A DNA stretch of 64,000 bases from Thalia democratica (lineage: Eukaryota): NCBI GenBank assembly GCA_965202585.1, contig CBDBBG010000262.1:1-64000 (forward strand). Direction: 5' to 3'. This document shows positions 52,057 to 64,000 of this stretch, in pieces (position 1 is the stretch's first letter; each line of letters opens with the position of its first letter). The notes beneath the pieces were generated by a model. The model did no database searches. It worked only from the letters and a program-made list of their open reading frames with translations, and was not told the DNA's origin. Made by a program: the position numbers and the translations under genes.

Positions 52057-52348
52057 AACTTCTTTTAGTAAAAATTTACATTTTAAAAACAGCAAAAATT
52101 TAAGACTTGTAATAAAAGCTTACAGTTAGACTTTTAAACTATTCAAAAATAGAAAAACAGCCCTTTTTTCAATTCTAGGTCTTGTTGAATTTGTTAATAT
52201 AAAAAAACTCTTTGCTTACTAACTGAACGTGCCTTATTTATTATTTTTTATAGTTAACTTTATAACGAGAACATTTTTTTTATATCCTAAGACTTCATTA
52301 AATATACAATATATTAAAAATTGACTATTCATATTGGTTTACATGATC

Positions 52349-52598
52349 CAGGATCCGGCCCGACCTTTTTAGACCCTTATTTAAAAACAAATTTCGAATT
52401 CAGCCGCATCCTAATGAAACGGAATCGATAGATAACTAAAATAACTTAACTTGCTTACTAGAGCAGTGGTCTTTACGGGTTGCTTCGAGTAGCATATTTG
52501 TCAGGAGTACTCTATCTGACAATGTCTGTAAGATCTTAAACTAGAAACCATAGTGAAATTTTGACAAGTACTTAGGATCCGAATCAGGCCGGATCCTA
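52349..52598. mobile_element. GGATCCGG-rich MITE-like element; related sequence at 54585-54795
   Basis: Inverted ends CAGGATCCGGCC / GGCCGGATCCTA (11 of 12 match). Confidence 0.5.
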
Positions 52599-52628
52599 AT
52601 ACTTATGAGCAAGTAGATAATAGTTATT

Positions 52629-53270
52629 TTAATTTGAAAGAATTTGTTTTTGAATTATTCTTTTTAGCATACTGTAAAATATCTTTATATAACCTGACTC
52701 AATCAAATTATTTACAGTTTTGATCTTCTTTTCTGACCAAGTGTCATTAAAAACATCATAAATAAACACTTTTGTTTCTGGTGTAGAATATTTCTCAACA
52801 AAAACTAAAACTTTATGGCCGACAGAAACAGCTTTAAAGATTAATACATTCGTATCGACTATATTAGCAGAACTAATAAATGTAAATTTTCTTGAAAAAC
52901 TGTCAAACACTTCACAGCTTGTGGTATGTTCTCCACCAATAACAAATAACTTATTACCCATGCTAACTGAAGTATGTTCAATTCTTTTTTCAAACATATC
53001 AGGTAAATAGGTCGATGTGTTTTCATAAAAGTCATACGATTCTACTGATTTTAATTGATGACCTCCCGATATAACAATTTTTCCTTCAAAAGTTATACAA
53101 GCTGCATTACATCTTTTTTCTGTTGTGTCGGTCAATTTGGTCAATATGCCATATTTTAAGTTGTTCACAAAACATGACCCATTTCCATAGATTAGGTATA
53201 TGCTTTTCTTGAAGCAACAGTGAATAAAATGAATATTGCCTAGATCTAATTGCGACTTAAATGACCGAGG
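52629..53270 (-). pseudogene. Kelch-repeat fragment, copy 4 (214-codon open frame, 5' end disrupted)
   Basis: ACITFEGKIVISGG, VESYDFYEN...YLPDM, SVSMGNKLFVIGG, VFIYDVFNDTW; in-frame TAA at 53271-53273 upstream; no BTB/BACK domain seen. Confidence 0.8.
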
Positions 53271-54889
53271 TTAAAACAAAACTTTTCAACACGTCGACTG
53301 AACCTTTCTTTTTGTGAATACCCACAAGTACAGTTTATTGCTTGCAAAAAACTTTATTGCTTTTTACTATCTTTTAGTAGACAATGTTTAAGAAATCAGT
53401 TTTGTTGATAAAAATCAACTCATTTAGGTTTTGTCTTATGCAAAAAATAAATACGACTAAAACTAACAATCTTTTTATGAAATCAAGGTTTCTTAAGAAG
53501 AAGGAAGAAGAAAAAATATAGAAATGAATTAAATTAAAAATTATGAAATGTTTTTAAATTAACTTTTTCAAATATAAATATTCAAAACTATTTTAATTCT
53601 TAATACTTTTTATTTACTTATTTTTGTATTAATGATAAAGTTAGCTTGGTAATTTTTTTTTTCAATTGTGACTTTTAAGACTAAAAGAAAATGTTATAAA
53701 TTTTATTTTAAGTATTCATTTGTTGTTTATTTGTTTAAATTATTTTGGGATTTAAACTTTAAAATTTACAAACAAAGTCTGCAATGCTTTTTATTAGCTT
53801 ACATATACGACTAGTTTCGGTTATATATAATAAACATTTTAGAATAGAGATTAATGTTATAAAAAGAGCATTTAGAAGTTAGTACAACAAATGAAAACAT
53901 ATAATATAGTGACGTAACATTCATTTTTTGTTTTAAAGATTTTTTAATTAAAAAAAAAAAACATTTTATAGCATTTATATTAGTTTTCTTGAGATAAAGC
54001 AACTTTTGCACGTACTAATTAAATTTTTTAAATAAGGTTTGAATAAAAAAGGAGAGAACTCAAATTATATTTGTAAAATTAAGAAACAAAAATTTTTAAA
54101 TATAAAAAAAAATTAGTTTAATTGCTTATGTGTAAAAATGAAATATTGTTCTGTTTATAATAGTTCTAGCCTGTAGTTTATTTGTTCATTTGCTTTCCAA
54201 AAAATATAATTCTGATTGATCTTCTGTGCTATCCAAATAATTTTTTGCGAAAGGTGTTTCAAATCCTTAATCCAATTCTATTTATTTCAAAACTAAAAAC
54301 ATAATCAGCAAATATCCCAAAACTTGCATAATTTTGTTGTTACTTTAATACTAATTTAAACGTTTTTGAAACTAGTTTTATTTTTAGAACAAATAGTTTT
54401 GTTTTTGTAACGAAGGAGTGTAGTAAAAACATTGCCTTGCTCTTAAGCGTGAACTCGCAGCAAGATCACTGACGAAGTTTGTTAACAATTCAGAAGGTTC
54501 AACTGTTTTTAAAACTTTAGCTAAAAGTATATGACAGGTTTGCGAAAGAAGGTTTTATACTACGGGCAACGTTTTTAACCGAGTTGGATCCGAAAAGTTT
54601 TTGTCTATAGCAGGCTAGAACATTTCGAATTAGTAATTAACTATTTACATTTTCCAGATAACGCCTATTTTAATCCGGATCCGGACGGATCCTAATTTGA
54701 AAATATTATGCGGATTCGATTGAATACCAATTTTAAATCAAGATTCGGATTCGGTCGCATTTTTACTATAATAAAAGTTTTGGTTTTAGCCGGAATCTAG
54801 TTTTATAGATAAGGTTGATCACTTTTCAGAATCCTTCTAACTCACAAAAGTTTCTCAAACGTGACAATTTAAGATGTTTATGTAATGTC

Positions 54890-56918
54890 CACAGTGGGCT
54901 GAAAACGTAGATCAAGTGGCCATTGACACAAAACTGTCATAAAAAGCAGTATAATTTAAAGAAAGAAACTTAAAAAAAAAGAAAATAATAATTGGCTACC
55001 TCAAGAGAGTCACATTTACTCCCATTTTAGTTTAAATATGAATGAATTTTCAATATCAAGCCGGGTGAAACTATACTCTAAATATAGTTTATTTTTAATT
55101 TAAGGCTGTTCTGTGTATATCAAAGTTTTTATTATTATTAACGTATATCATATGATTTTTTGCCAAGAAGTAGCATAACTGGACGACAAGTAGAGGCTGA
55201 CCCATGCCTCTTGTTAGTCAAGATGACTGTACCATCTTTTGTTGTTGCATTTTCAAATCTGAACATGTACATAATAATTTTACTAGTGCAGCATTATTTT
55301 TTTGGTTGAAAATAGAATGACCACCACTTCAATCCAAGCCATCATGAACTTTTAAATGTATTTCTTCTAAATTTTCTAGCTTTGATAGATTTATTGTTTT
55401 TACAACTGGTAGGCAGAATTTTCTAAAGCTTTTTTTACAATCATCTTTAATACCTTTGTATGGATCTTGCAGTTTTTCAAGTGGTGGTCTTTTTTCCTTT
55501 CTATATTCGTTAAGTTTATCATAAACTGGAAGGATGTCATGACCATCGTTTTTAAGAAGCAGCCTAATATCAATATACATTCTCTTGGTCATTTTTCCAG
55601 CTATTAATATGGCAAGTGCTGTTGACATGCTAACTGTATTGCTAACTTTGGCATCCTGCTGAATTAACTTTCTTCCAACATCAGCTGCAGCCTTGTCATG
55701 TAAATATTGACTTTTCAATCCTAAAGCAAACATTTTTGGTGGTGTAACGCCTTCTTCACTGGCAATTTCAGTTGTTGTGCTAGTAAATGAAAGTAGGCGT
55801 CTCCGTTGCGTACTTGGAGCAGCTTCATCTAAGGGAAGTTTTTTACCAAATTTAGAATATAAAGACTTTTCAATAACTATTTTCTCGACTATATTTCTAT
55901 CTGTGCTATGTAATGCTTACAATGGAAGGAACAAACTTCTAAAACAATTTGTTGTTGATTTCTTTCCATGCAATTAACTTAAGCTTGAAAAGTTTAGTTT
56001 TTGATTAAAACTTTAATAAAACTTTGGTCTTTTAACGATAAAGCAAAGAATAAATAAATAACAGTGTTTTTGTTGTCATATATTTCAATTAATGCTGTTT
56101 CAAGTCTTTTTAATTTTTTAAATATCTTACAACCACATAGTTTGTTACAATACAACACAAATAATTTATTTTTGTCAATTTCTTTACAATTAAGCCTAAC
56201 AACAAGTAATTTTTTTCTTTTTACTAAGTTGTCTTATATATTTTTGGGTTTATTTTCTGTATTTATTTTATTTCGCTGTACTTTTAAATAAAGTTGTCAA
56301 AATAATAACAGTCCAATCATGTTCGAATAATTTTGTTCAAGCCTGTACAGCTTGATAAATTAAAAAAAATAATAAAATTATAAAAAATTTTCACTGATAT
56401 AGTTTGAAAAGTTTGTTTCTGTCCGTTTGTTTAAAAATAAAAAAATCTTTGGTTTTAATTTATGTTATTCACAATAAACTGGTTTCCAATTCAATTCACA
56501 ATAAATATATTACTTCTCCTCCAGCAGTTGAGGTCTCTCTATTTGTTTTCTTAAAACCAAAACATATAATAAACTGGTTTATTTAACTAATGATTCGTTA
56601 CCTACGCGACTTATGTTGTATACATAAGTCGCATTGGTAACTAATTTGACTTTTTTTTAAAATTTGTGTCTGTTTATATAAAAATAAGTAAGCATTATTT
56701 TTAAGTCAGCGTTATCCAGAAAAAACACTTTTATTTAATTAAAGATTTATTGTTAACCGGGCTTATGTACGCGACTTGTGTTTATATACAAGCAATTTTG
56801 TTCTTTTTAATTAAGCACCAAACAAAAACCCCACCTAAAAATTCCAAAGTCAATTGACAAAATTATTGTTTTTAATTTTTTTAATCTCATTTTTTTAAAT
56901 AGTCATAATTTTATTGTG
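54890..56918 (-). mobile_element. Internally deleted Transib (RAG1-related) DNA transposon
   Basis: Left end CACAGTGGGCTG; right end is the reverse complement of CACAATAAAATTATG; contains a transposase pseudogene. Confidence 0.8.
55147..55930 (-). pseudogene. Transib/RAG1-core-like transposase pseudogene, N-terminal half
   Basis: KKLPLDEAAPSTQRRRL (NBD-like); ALAILIAGKMTKRMYIDIRLLLKNDGHDILPVYDKL; KVHDGLD*SGGHSIFNQ (TGA replacing the G of DGSGG); after a frameshift, SASTCRPVMLLLGK. Confidence 0.85.
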
Positions 56919-59900
56919 AAAAGATGTTTACACATATTCACACAATTTTTTTATGGCAACTATTTTTTTTATAGTTTTAAATTATTTTGCCAAACCTTAA
57001 TTGTTTGTAAACTTTTTAAATAACGTTTACGTGCAATAAGACCAGTATGTTAAAGACCAGTTAAAGAAATACTGGTTTAAACTCAAGTTAAAAAAATAAG
57101 TTTTCGCTAATGATGGCATACTTAACTTAACATTAAGCTATTGCTATAAAGTTTGATATGCATTTAGGATACTAGACTTAGTAACATAAAAATAGCAAAC
57201 ATCATAATTATTGAACGAAAATAATTGTTGAAACACGATTAACTAAATTAACATACGAGTAAGATCAGTTAACATACTTTTAAGATAACATAAAAAATAT
57301 TTTAAATATCTTACTTTTTAGTTTCAATTGCTGCAGCACACGTGAAAACTATCTGTTCATTTTGGTTTATGGAAAAGTGACGTAATAAATCAAGTAAAGC
57401 AATTTTGAATAAATTTGTGAACAAAAAGATTCATACAATTTTCTTAGCTAGAGGTTAAACAAAAACTTTTATATATAAAATTGTGAATCTCTTTTTAATA
57501 GAACTTAACGTTTTTACTTGAACTCAATTTAAAAAGTATAACTGATACTTTTGTACTTACAGTAGCTAGCTTTATATTTGCATTGCCAAAATGTATACAC
57601 AAAACATTTAAAAATTTTTTATTTATCATATGTAGCAGTTAAAAAAAAGTTGAAACTTTCGATAACTTTAACCAATAAACAATACTAGAATTTATTTAAA
57701 TTTGATTACAACGATTTTTTGAACTTAATAAATTACTCCTTTAGTTTTATCTGTCGAACCACTTGAAAGTAAAAGACTTTAACATGTATGACAGAAACAT
57801 GTTTATAACTTGCATGATAATGTGTCTGAAATCGACAAACAAAATTATTTTTTTAAACTGTTTTAGTTTTTTATTTATTTCGGCAGTTATTGGATTATTG
57901 TTACGTCATAATAAGGTTCAATGATAATAGGTTAATTATTCATTTAGAAATAGTATAGAGATTAAGAATATTAATTTTTATTCAATCCTAATCTTTTTTG
58001 CGAAACTTAGTAAAACTGAGTAATAAGCTAATCTATAATCTTTAATAGTAGTGAAATGACATTCGATTATCCTGAAAAAACAACAACATAAACTAAGTTA
58101 ATAACATTAACGTTTTTCACAATTTTTATTTTGACAACTGAAAAAAGATTTTATTTATTTTAAAATGTTATGTCTAATTTGTTTGAAAAAATTTTAGTTA
58201 CCGTTTACGTACAATAAAGCAAAGTATTATAAACTTTAAAAAATATAGGTTTACATTTAAAATTTAAACAACTTTTTTTGTCGCTAATGGCATACTTAGC
58301 GTACTTTAAACTTGTTTTATGCTATAAATTTGATATATATTCAGGATTTTAGACTTTTTTACATAAAACAGCAAACGTTGTAAACTGTTAAAAGAAATAT
58401 TAAACATTATTTAAATAATACTATACTCCTGACAAAAAAGCTATGATAGTAAAATGTATACAGCAAGTTTATGTTCTGAAGTGTGCTTTTCATTTTCAGA
58501 CTCCCTTTGTTTGTTTTTATATTTTATGATCAATCAACGCTATTAAAGTGAAAAAGGAGTATTACTGCTTAAGTGGTGTTGTGAAAGTTTTTAGTAATAA
58601 AAAGTCATCTACGGTAATAAACAAGTATCAACATACTTTTCCTTCAAAATTTATTTTATATCAACAATATTTTATTTGTTCATTAAAAACACATTATGAA
58701 CAAACTAATAACCTAAGTATTAAGAATGCTAGGCTTTTAATTATGTTTACTTAAATTATCAATAGACTTAATTAAGTCATAACTATTATTTAAAAGTTAA
58801 GTAATTTAGATATTTGATTAGTTTAGAACAAAGACATTTTCAGATAAGGCTATTAAAAAAAGATATAATTTAGATACTTTACTGTATTTTATTGAACAAA
58901 GCTTTGTTTGTAAAGGTATAAGTTTCATAAAAGTTAAGCTAAATAAAGTTTGATATATATTTTTTATTCATAACTACAAAAAGTAACAACACTACTTGCA
59001 CCTATTACAAGTATTTACTAATTTTTTTTTTTGTAGTTTCCTTTTCAAGTAATAATAACAATTAATATAAGTTGTTCTTAAATTATCTAGCTTATTAAAA
59101 GAGACTACTATATGAAATGGGCTATAATAATATATATTATATAATATAATAAATTGGATTTATAATCGTTTATATTTATTACTTAGATAATGATTATATT
59201 CAAAAATTTTTAAAGCTGCTTGAAATAAAAAAAAAATAAAACAGAAAACTAATTCGATGTATTTATACAAAAAAAAGCTTAATTGTATTAGTAAAAAAAG
59301 CAAAACTAACAACATTTTTTATTGTTGTATTTAAGGTCAATATTTAAGAAAATTATATGAAAATAATCATAAAATTAAAAAATATTTTTTACTCTTTGTT
59401 AATTTCTTTACAAGTATGAAACTTGCATCAAAATTTTTATTTCAATTGAAAAGATAATTTTTGTTTTTCAGTTTATGCGTTGCATTAGTAATTGATTTAG
59501 CGCGTTGAATCTGCTTGAGGTGGTTATAAACGTTTACTTATAGCCCTAATATAGTATTAGCAACAAAATATATTCAAATTGAAAAATTATTGATACAACT
59601 TTTCGTACCACAATTTATAAGCAGCATAGAAAAATATTAAAAAAAATCTGAATAACGTATAATGACAAATAGTTGTCTAAAAAACTCATGTTGAATAAAA
59701 ACCATTTTTTAAAATTGTTAAATAGATAATTTATTTATGTTGTTTTGCTATCAGCTATTTAAAAAAGTTACCTTACAAGTATGTTATCTACAATATGTTT
59801 TTATACTTATCATTCAAAACTAAACAGAAATAAAAAAAGCTTAAACAAAAAAAAAGTAAAAATGCCGACAAAAAACATACATAATATATTTGAACAATAT

Positions 59901-62487
59901 CTATTTTTTAAGTTTTAAGTTTGTTAAAAACTATAAAATAGAAAATAATCTAAAACTTCTCGATGTAACTTTGTTATTATTGTTTATCTCATGAATATAA
60001 CTTATTATTAATAATGCTTTAAACGTTTTAAACCTATTGTTAAATTTTTTAAAGGACTTTCTTACTTAAAGCAAATATCATTGAAATACAAAACCAGCAA
60101 TATGACAGCACTTTAATAAAATAAAAAACCAATATTTTGATAAACAAACCACAAAGCGTTTAAGTTATTAAAAAAACTTTATAAATGTTTCTAACTATTT
60201 TCGAATAAAAATACTACTTGTTAATTATAAACAATAGTCATTATTTGAAACAAATCGCTTAATTTTTTTGAAAAACTAATATTAAAAAAGTTTGGTTTGA
60301 CAAAAAATTTTTAGTCCATTTATTAGGATTTTAAATAACGGAATGACTACAAAAAAGGTATATAATCATTGTCATTAACACAATAAAAATTTTGAAATCT
60401 TCTCATACAGTTTTATAGGGTTTAAATAATTTCGTTTAAAGTAAATTAGTAATTTATTGCAAAACTAAGTGGTTTTATGTTTAAAAATATTTGTTTCCTA
60501 CGTTAGTACCTAGATAAAATAACTTTTAAATTTTTGCAGAACTATTTATTTACTTTAAATGTACCACTAATTGTTACCTAAAACAAAATATTTAGTTACT
60601 TTTAATGACTTTTTTAAACCTTTTTATACGATGCTTGTAATTTTAAATCTGATCACACAAACAACACTTCAGTGTTTTATTGCACTAAAGTGATATACAT
60701 TGTTATATGGAACTATAAAAAAAGCGCTCAAAAAGTTTGGTCAAAGGACCTGGTGTACAAAGGAACCTTTCGGTTATCGAGTCGTACGCAAAATACTTAT
60801 AAAATTTCTTACAAGCTATAAGATTTAATTTTTTATCATTTAAATATTTAAATCTTTAGTAAAAAAAAAACAATTAGTTAAACGAAATGAAAGAAAAAAT
60901 ATAAACAAAAAATAATTGAACTTTGTGTATAAAATATACTTAAAAATTTGTTTAGTAAGATAAAATGCTTTAAAATTTTATACAAATTTAACTATGGAAA
61001 GTAAGATATAACTTTAAAACAACTTTTAAAAGGAGATAAGCAATACTTATAGCAAACATTTGAATACTTGAATAAAAAGTTAAAATCACTTTAATAAAGC
61101 AAAAATGTGTTACGCTGAAGTATTATTACGTTTGATTTTATTAGTATTTAGTGCTCAATATCATTTTAGTTATGTTTTCATGTTGACAGTATAACAATAA
61201 TCAATAAATTAAAGTCAAAAATTTTACTGCAGCTAAATTATTACTCCTTTAAGTAAGGGCTCGATCTAATTAAGCAACTTGAAATTTAAAGTGTTTTTAC
61301 TTTCAGTTGAATTTTGTAACATAACAAGTGTATTTAAACAAACATAAATTAAACTTTGAATTTGTTTAAAAAATTCACTAAAACTAGTTCTTAAAAAATA
61401 CGATACATATGAATTATAAATATTTATAAAATTAATCTTTAAAATAAAACTTTAAGTTAATTTTCTTTATCACAATCAATGTGTCACAAAATGGTTTTTA
61501 ATAAAGTTTAAAACAAATTTAAAAATAATTAATGATTTTTATAGGTAAAGTATAAAAGAATAAAAAAATATCATCAAGACATAAAATTAAAACGAGTATA
61601 ATTACTAAACGCTTTTTTATCACTAATAAACAATTTTTGGCAGAATTTAGTTTTGTTTATATGTATAATGAAGTAAGTTTGTTATTTTAAAATAATTATA
61701 TTAATGAATTACAAATGATTTTAGACAAATCTGCTAAGTTACAATATCTACAAGTAACTGTTTTAATTAAATTGGAGTACGACCGACAAAAAGTTAAAAA
61801 TTATTTTGTTAAACTTCCATGGAGTACTAATTAATTTATAACTACTACTTTATCTTATTATGGCTCTATTTTATGACTTTTTTTAATTACTATAAATGTT
61901 TTGTATGCTTATTATAAATATATTTTTATACCAAAGATTTTAAATGTTTAAGTAGTAATATAAAAACAGTATAATGATAATAAAAAAATCTAGTTTACTC
62001 TGAATGCTATTTATGTATTTAAACTAAGATAGTGCTGCTAATTGTGTAACTCTTATTATAGTTAAAATCCTATGAGCTAAAAATTGCATATTTTAGCTTT
62101 ATGCACTTATTTTATCCTTTAGATCAGTTAGACCGTTTAGTTCACTGCTTAGAAGTATTAAAATATTTTATTAAAAGTATTTTTCATCAAACCTGACATA
62201 AAAATATACTAAATTTTGATTGAGTTTTTAAAAATGGTTTTATTAACACAATTAATAATCATAGGGGCTTTAAATAATGTTTACAATTGTAAGTTGTAAT
62301 TTGTACTAAATAAATTTAAAGTACTAGAAAATTTTTATATTTAATTAATAATTAAGTATTAACAATACATTGATTTTTCTATCATTACTTAATCTTAAAC
62401 AGAGTGAATTAAAAGTTATTACAAAGCGAATTTACTGTTGTTATATGATTCAAAATTTAAAACAAATTCAACTGTGGAAAGTTTGCT

Positions 62488-63426
62488 ATGGAGCACAAAA
62501 ATATCAAAACAGATCTTGAATCTAGCAACGAGTATTGGAATACTTTTTACGGTCAAATAAATAAAGAATGGAAGTATCAAGAGATGCTTCGTAATGATAG
62601 TGAGTTGGATTTAGATGAAGTTCTACATCGTATTCAACATCAAAAATCGTCAATAGCAAAATATAACGAAGAAAACGATAAACTGAAAGACGCAACTAAA
62701 GCTCACAAAGCAGTAGTTAAAGAATTTGTTACTACTAAGAAATATCAAGAGCCAAAAGTTGAAAACTTAAACAAAGAAGCTGAAGAGTTAAGAGAAACGT
62801 ATGACGATTTGAAATACAAAGATAAAGTATTGAAAGATGATCCACAGTTGTTAAGCAGATTGTACAATATTTTACATGAGTATCAGAATACTGCACAAGT
62901 TATTAGAACTGAAAAGAAAACTTTAATAGTATCTCAAACACCTAAAGATGAAAGTGCAACAAATGTTAATAATATTGGAGTAACTAATAAAGCATATGAA
63001 GATATAGCAAACAAAGTGATTGAGCTTGAAAACCGCGATGGTAATTCTGAGCAAGTGACTAATCATAGCAATACTGGAGAATTTATTGATGTAATATTTG
63101 ATAATGCAGATTATGAAATTACAATTGATCACATCAAGCCTGACGTAAAAACTTCTAAAAGTTTGAAAAGTTCTTCACTAACTTATGAAAAAAATAATAA
63201 TGTTAATAAAGCTCAAATCAAGGATGTAACTGATAAACCAGAAGCCGGAATTAAAACCGAAAGTTGGGACCCTACAACAAAAAGGAGATTTTATGAAAAT
63301 CAACTTAACTTGAAACCTCGTGAAGACAAAAGTATTGTCAAAGCGACAACTGATGCAGGTGACAATAAATACAGCGAGGCGGGAGAAAGGACATCCGGAA
63401 GTTCTGTGAAATTTCCTAGAAACTAA
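62488..63426 (+). CDS. Hypothetical 312-aa protein: charged coiled-coil N-terminal half, low-complexity C-terminal half
   Basis: Long stop-free ORF in very AT-rich DNA; AATAAA at about 63512; no family recognised. Confidence 0.65.
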   Translation: MEHKNIKTDLESSNEYWNTFYGQINKEWKYQEMLRNDSELDLDEVLHRIQHQKSSIAKYNEENDKLKDATKAHKAVVKEFVTTKKYQEPKVENLNKEAEELRETYDDLKYKDKVLKDDPQLLSRLYNILHEYQNTAQVIRTEKKTLIVSQTPKDESATNVNNIGVTNKAYEDIANKVIELENRDGNSEQVTNHSNTGEFIDVIFDNADYEITIDHIKPDVKTSKSLKSSSLTYEKNNNVNKAQIKDVTDKPEAGIKTESWDPTTKRRFYENQLNLKPREDKSIVKATTDAGDNKYSEAGERTSGSSVKFPRN

Positions 63427-64000
63427 AAGTTCTCTGTTATTGCAATTTACTTTGTTTGTTTTTATGCTTTTTGTTATAAACTTTGTTTATGTTGTTCTTC
63501 AATGTATAAGTAATAAACTATAATTTGTTTAAACCTTTGGCTTATTTTTTTGACAATAGGTCAAGCTACCAGTAACAATATATTGAAGAACAAATAATCT
63601 TATTGAAGGTTTTTAATCAAAATGTTATTTGTTATGATGTTGGTGATGTACATGGTTTAAATATGTGGTCTCCAAGAATTTAGTTTTTAATGTCTGCTTA
63701 ATAATAGCTTACATTACTAAAGTTACAATTGTTAAGTTAACACTTAAATCAATGTAAAGTATTTTTATTATATCAATAACAACAAGCCTGAAAAATTACT
63801 ACACAAACAAAATACATAAGTATTAGAAATCGTAATTTTCTATACTAACAGCTTTGTTGAATTCTTCTTTAGATTTTTTACTCATGATGCTCGCAACTAG
63901 ATGCTTGATATTCCTTAGTCATTTGTTGTTAACATGGTCAGCTATTCCTTTTGAATTCATATAATGATACTTGTAGCAAACACGTATTGGAAAGACACAC

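Noticed and set aside
37635-53270. Annotating the kelch fragments as RAG2
   Set aside because: Motifs are standard KLHL-type, there is no PHD finger, and they are outside the Transib termini; kept only as a hypothesis in findings
1-64000. CRISPR arrays, rRNA, tRNA, prokaryotic operons
   Set aside because: Eukaryotic intron-rich DNA; no regularly spaced repeats or recognisable structural RNA genes seen by eye

Overview
AT-rich metazoan genomic DNA with GC-richer exons. A tunicate or similar invertebrate chordate is my best guess, inferred only from composition and motif usage. Left half (2.6-34.0 kb, minus strand): the 5' part of an usherin (USH2A) orthologue. I traced 49 GT-AG exons that splice in phase into 8,337 nt (2,779 codons): signal peptide, LamG-like N-terminal domain, laminin N-terminal domain, 10 laminin-EGF repeats, FN3 repeats, two LamG domains and further FN3 repeats. 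The gene continues past base 1. Right half (34-64 kb) is repeat-rich. It holds a decayed, internally deleted Transib (RAG1-related) transposon at 54,890-56,918, with a CACAGTG end and recognisable NBD-like and catalytic motifs. An inverted ~1 kb copy of its 5' part lies at 35,087-36,100, so the two copies bracket ~20 kb. That interval contains four kelch-repeat pseudogene fragments, several MITEs and an intronless 559-aa ORF with two tandem PARP-like (ADP-ribosyltransferase) domains. An orphan coiled-coil ORF lies at 62.5-63.4 kb. No rRNA, tRNA or CRISPR array was recognised. All alignments and counts were done by eye, and family assignments rest on remembered motifs, not database searches.
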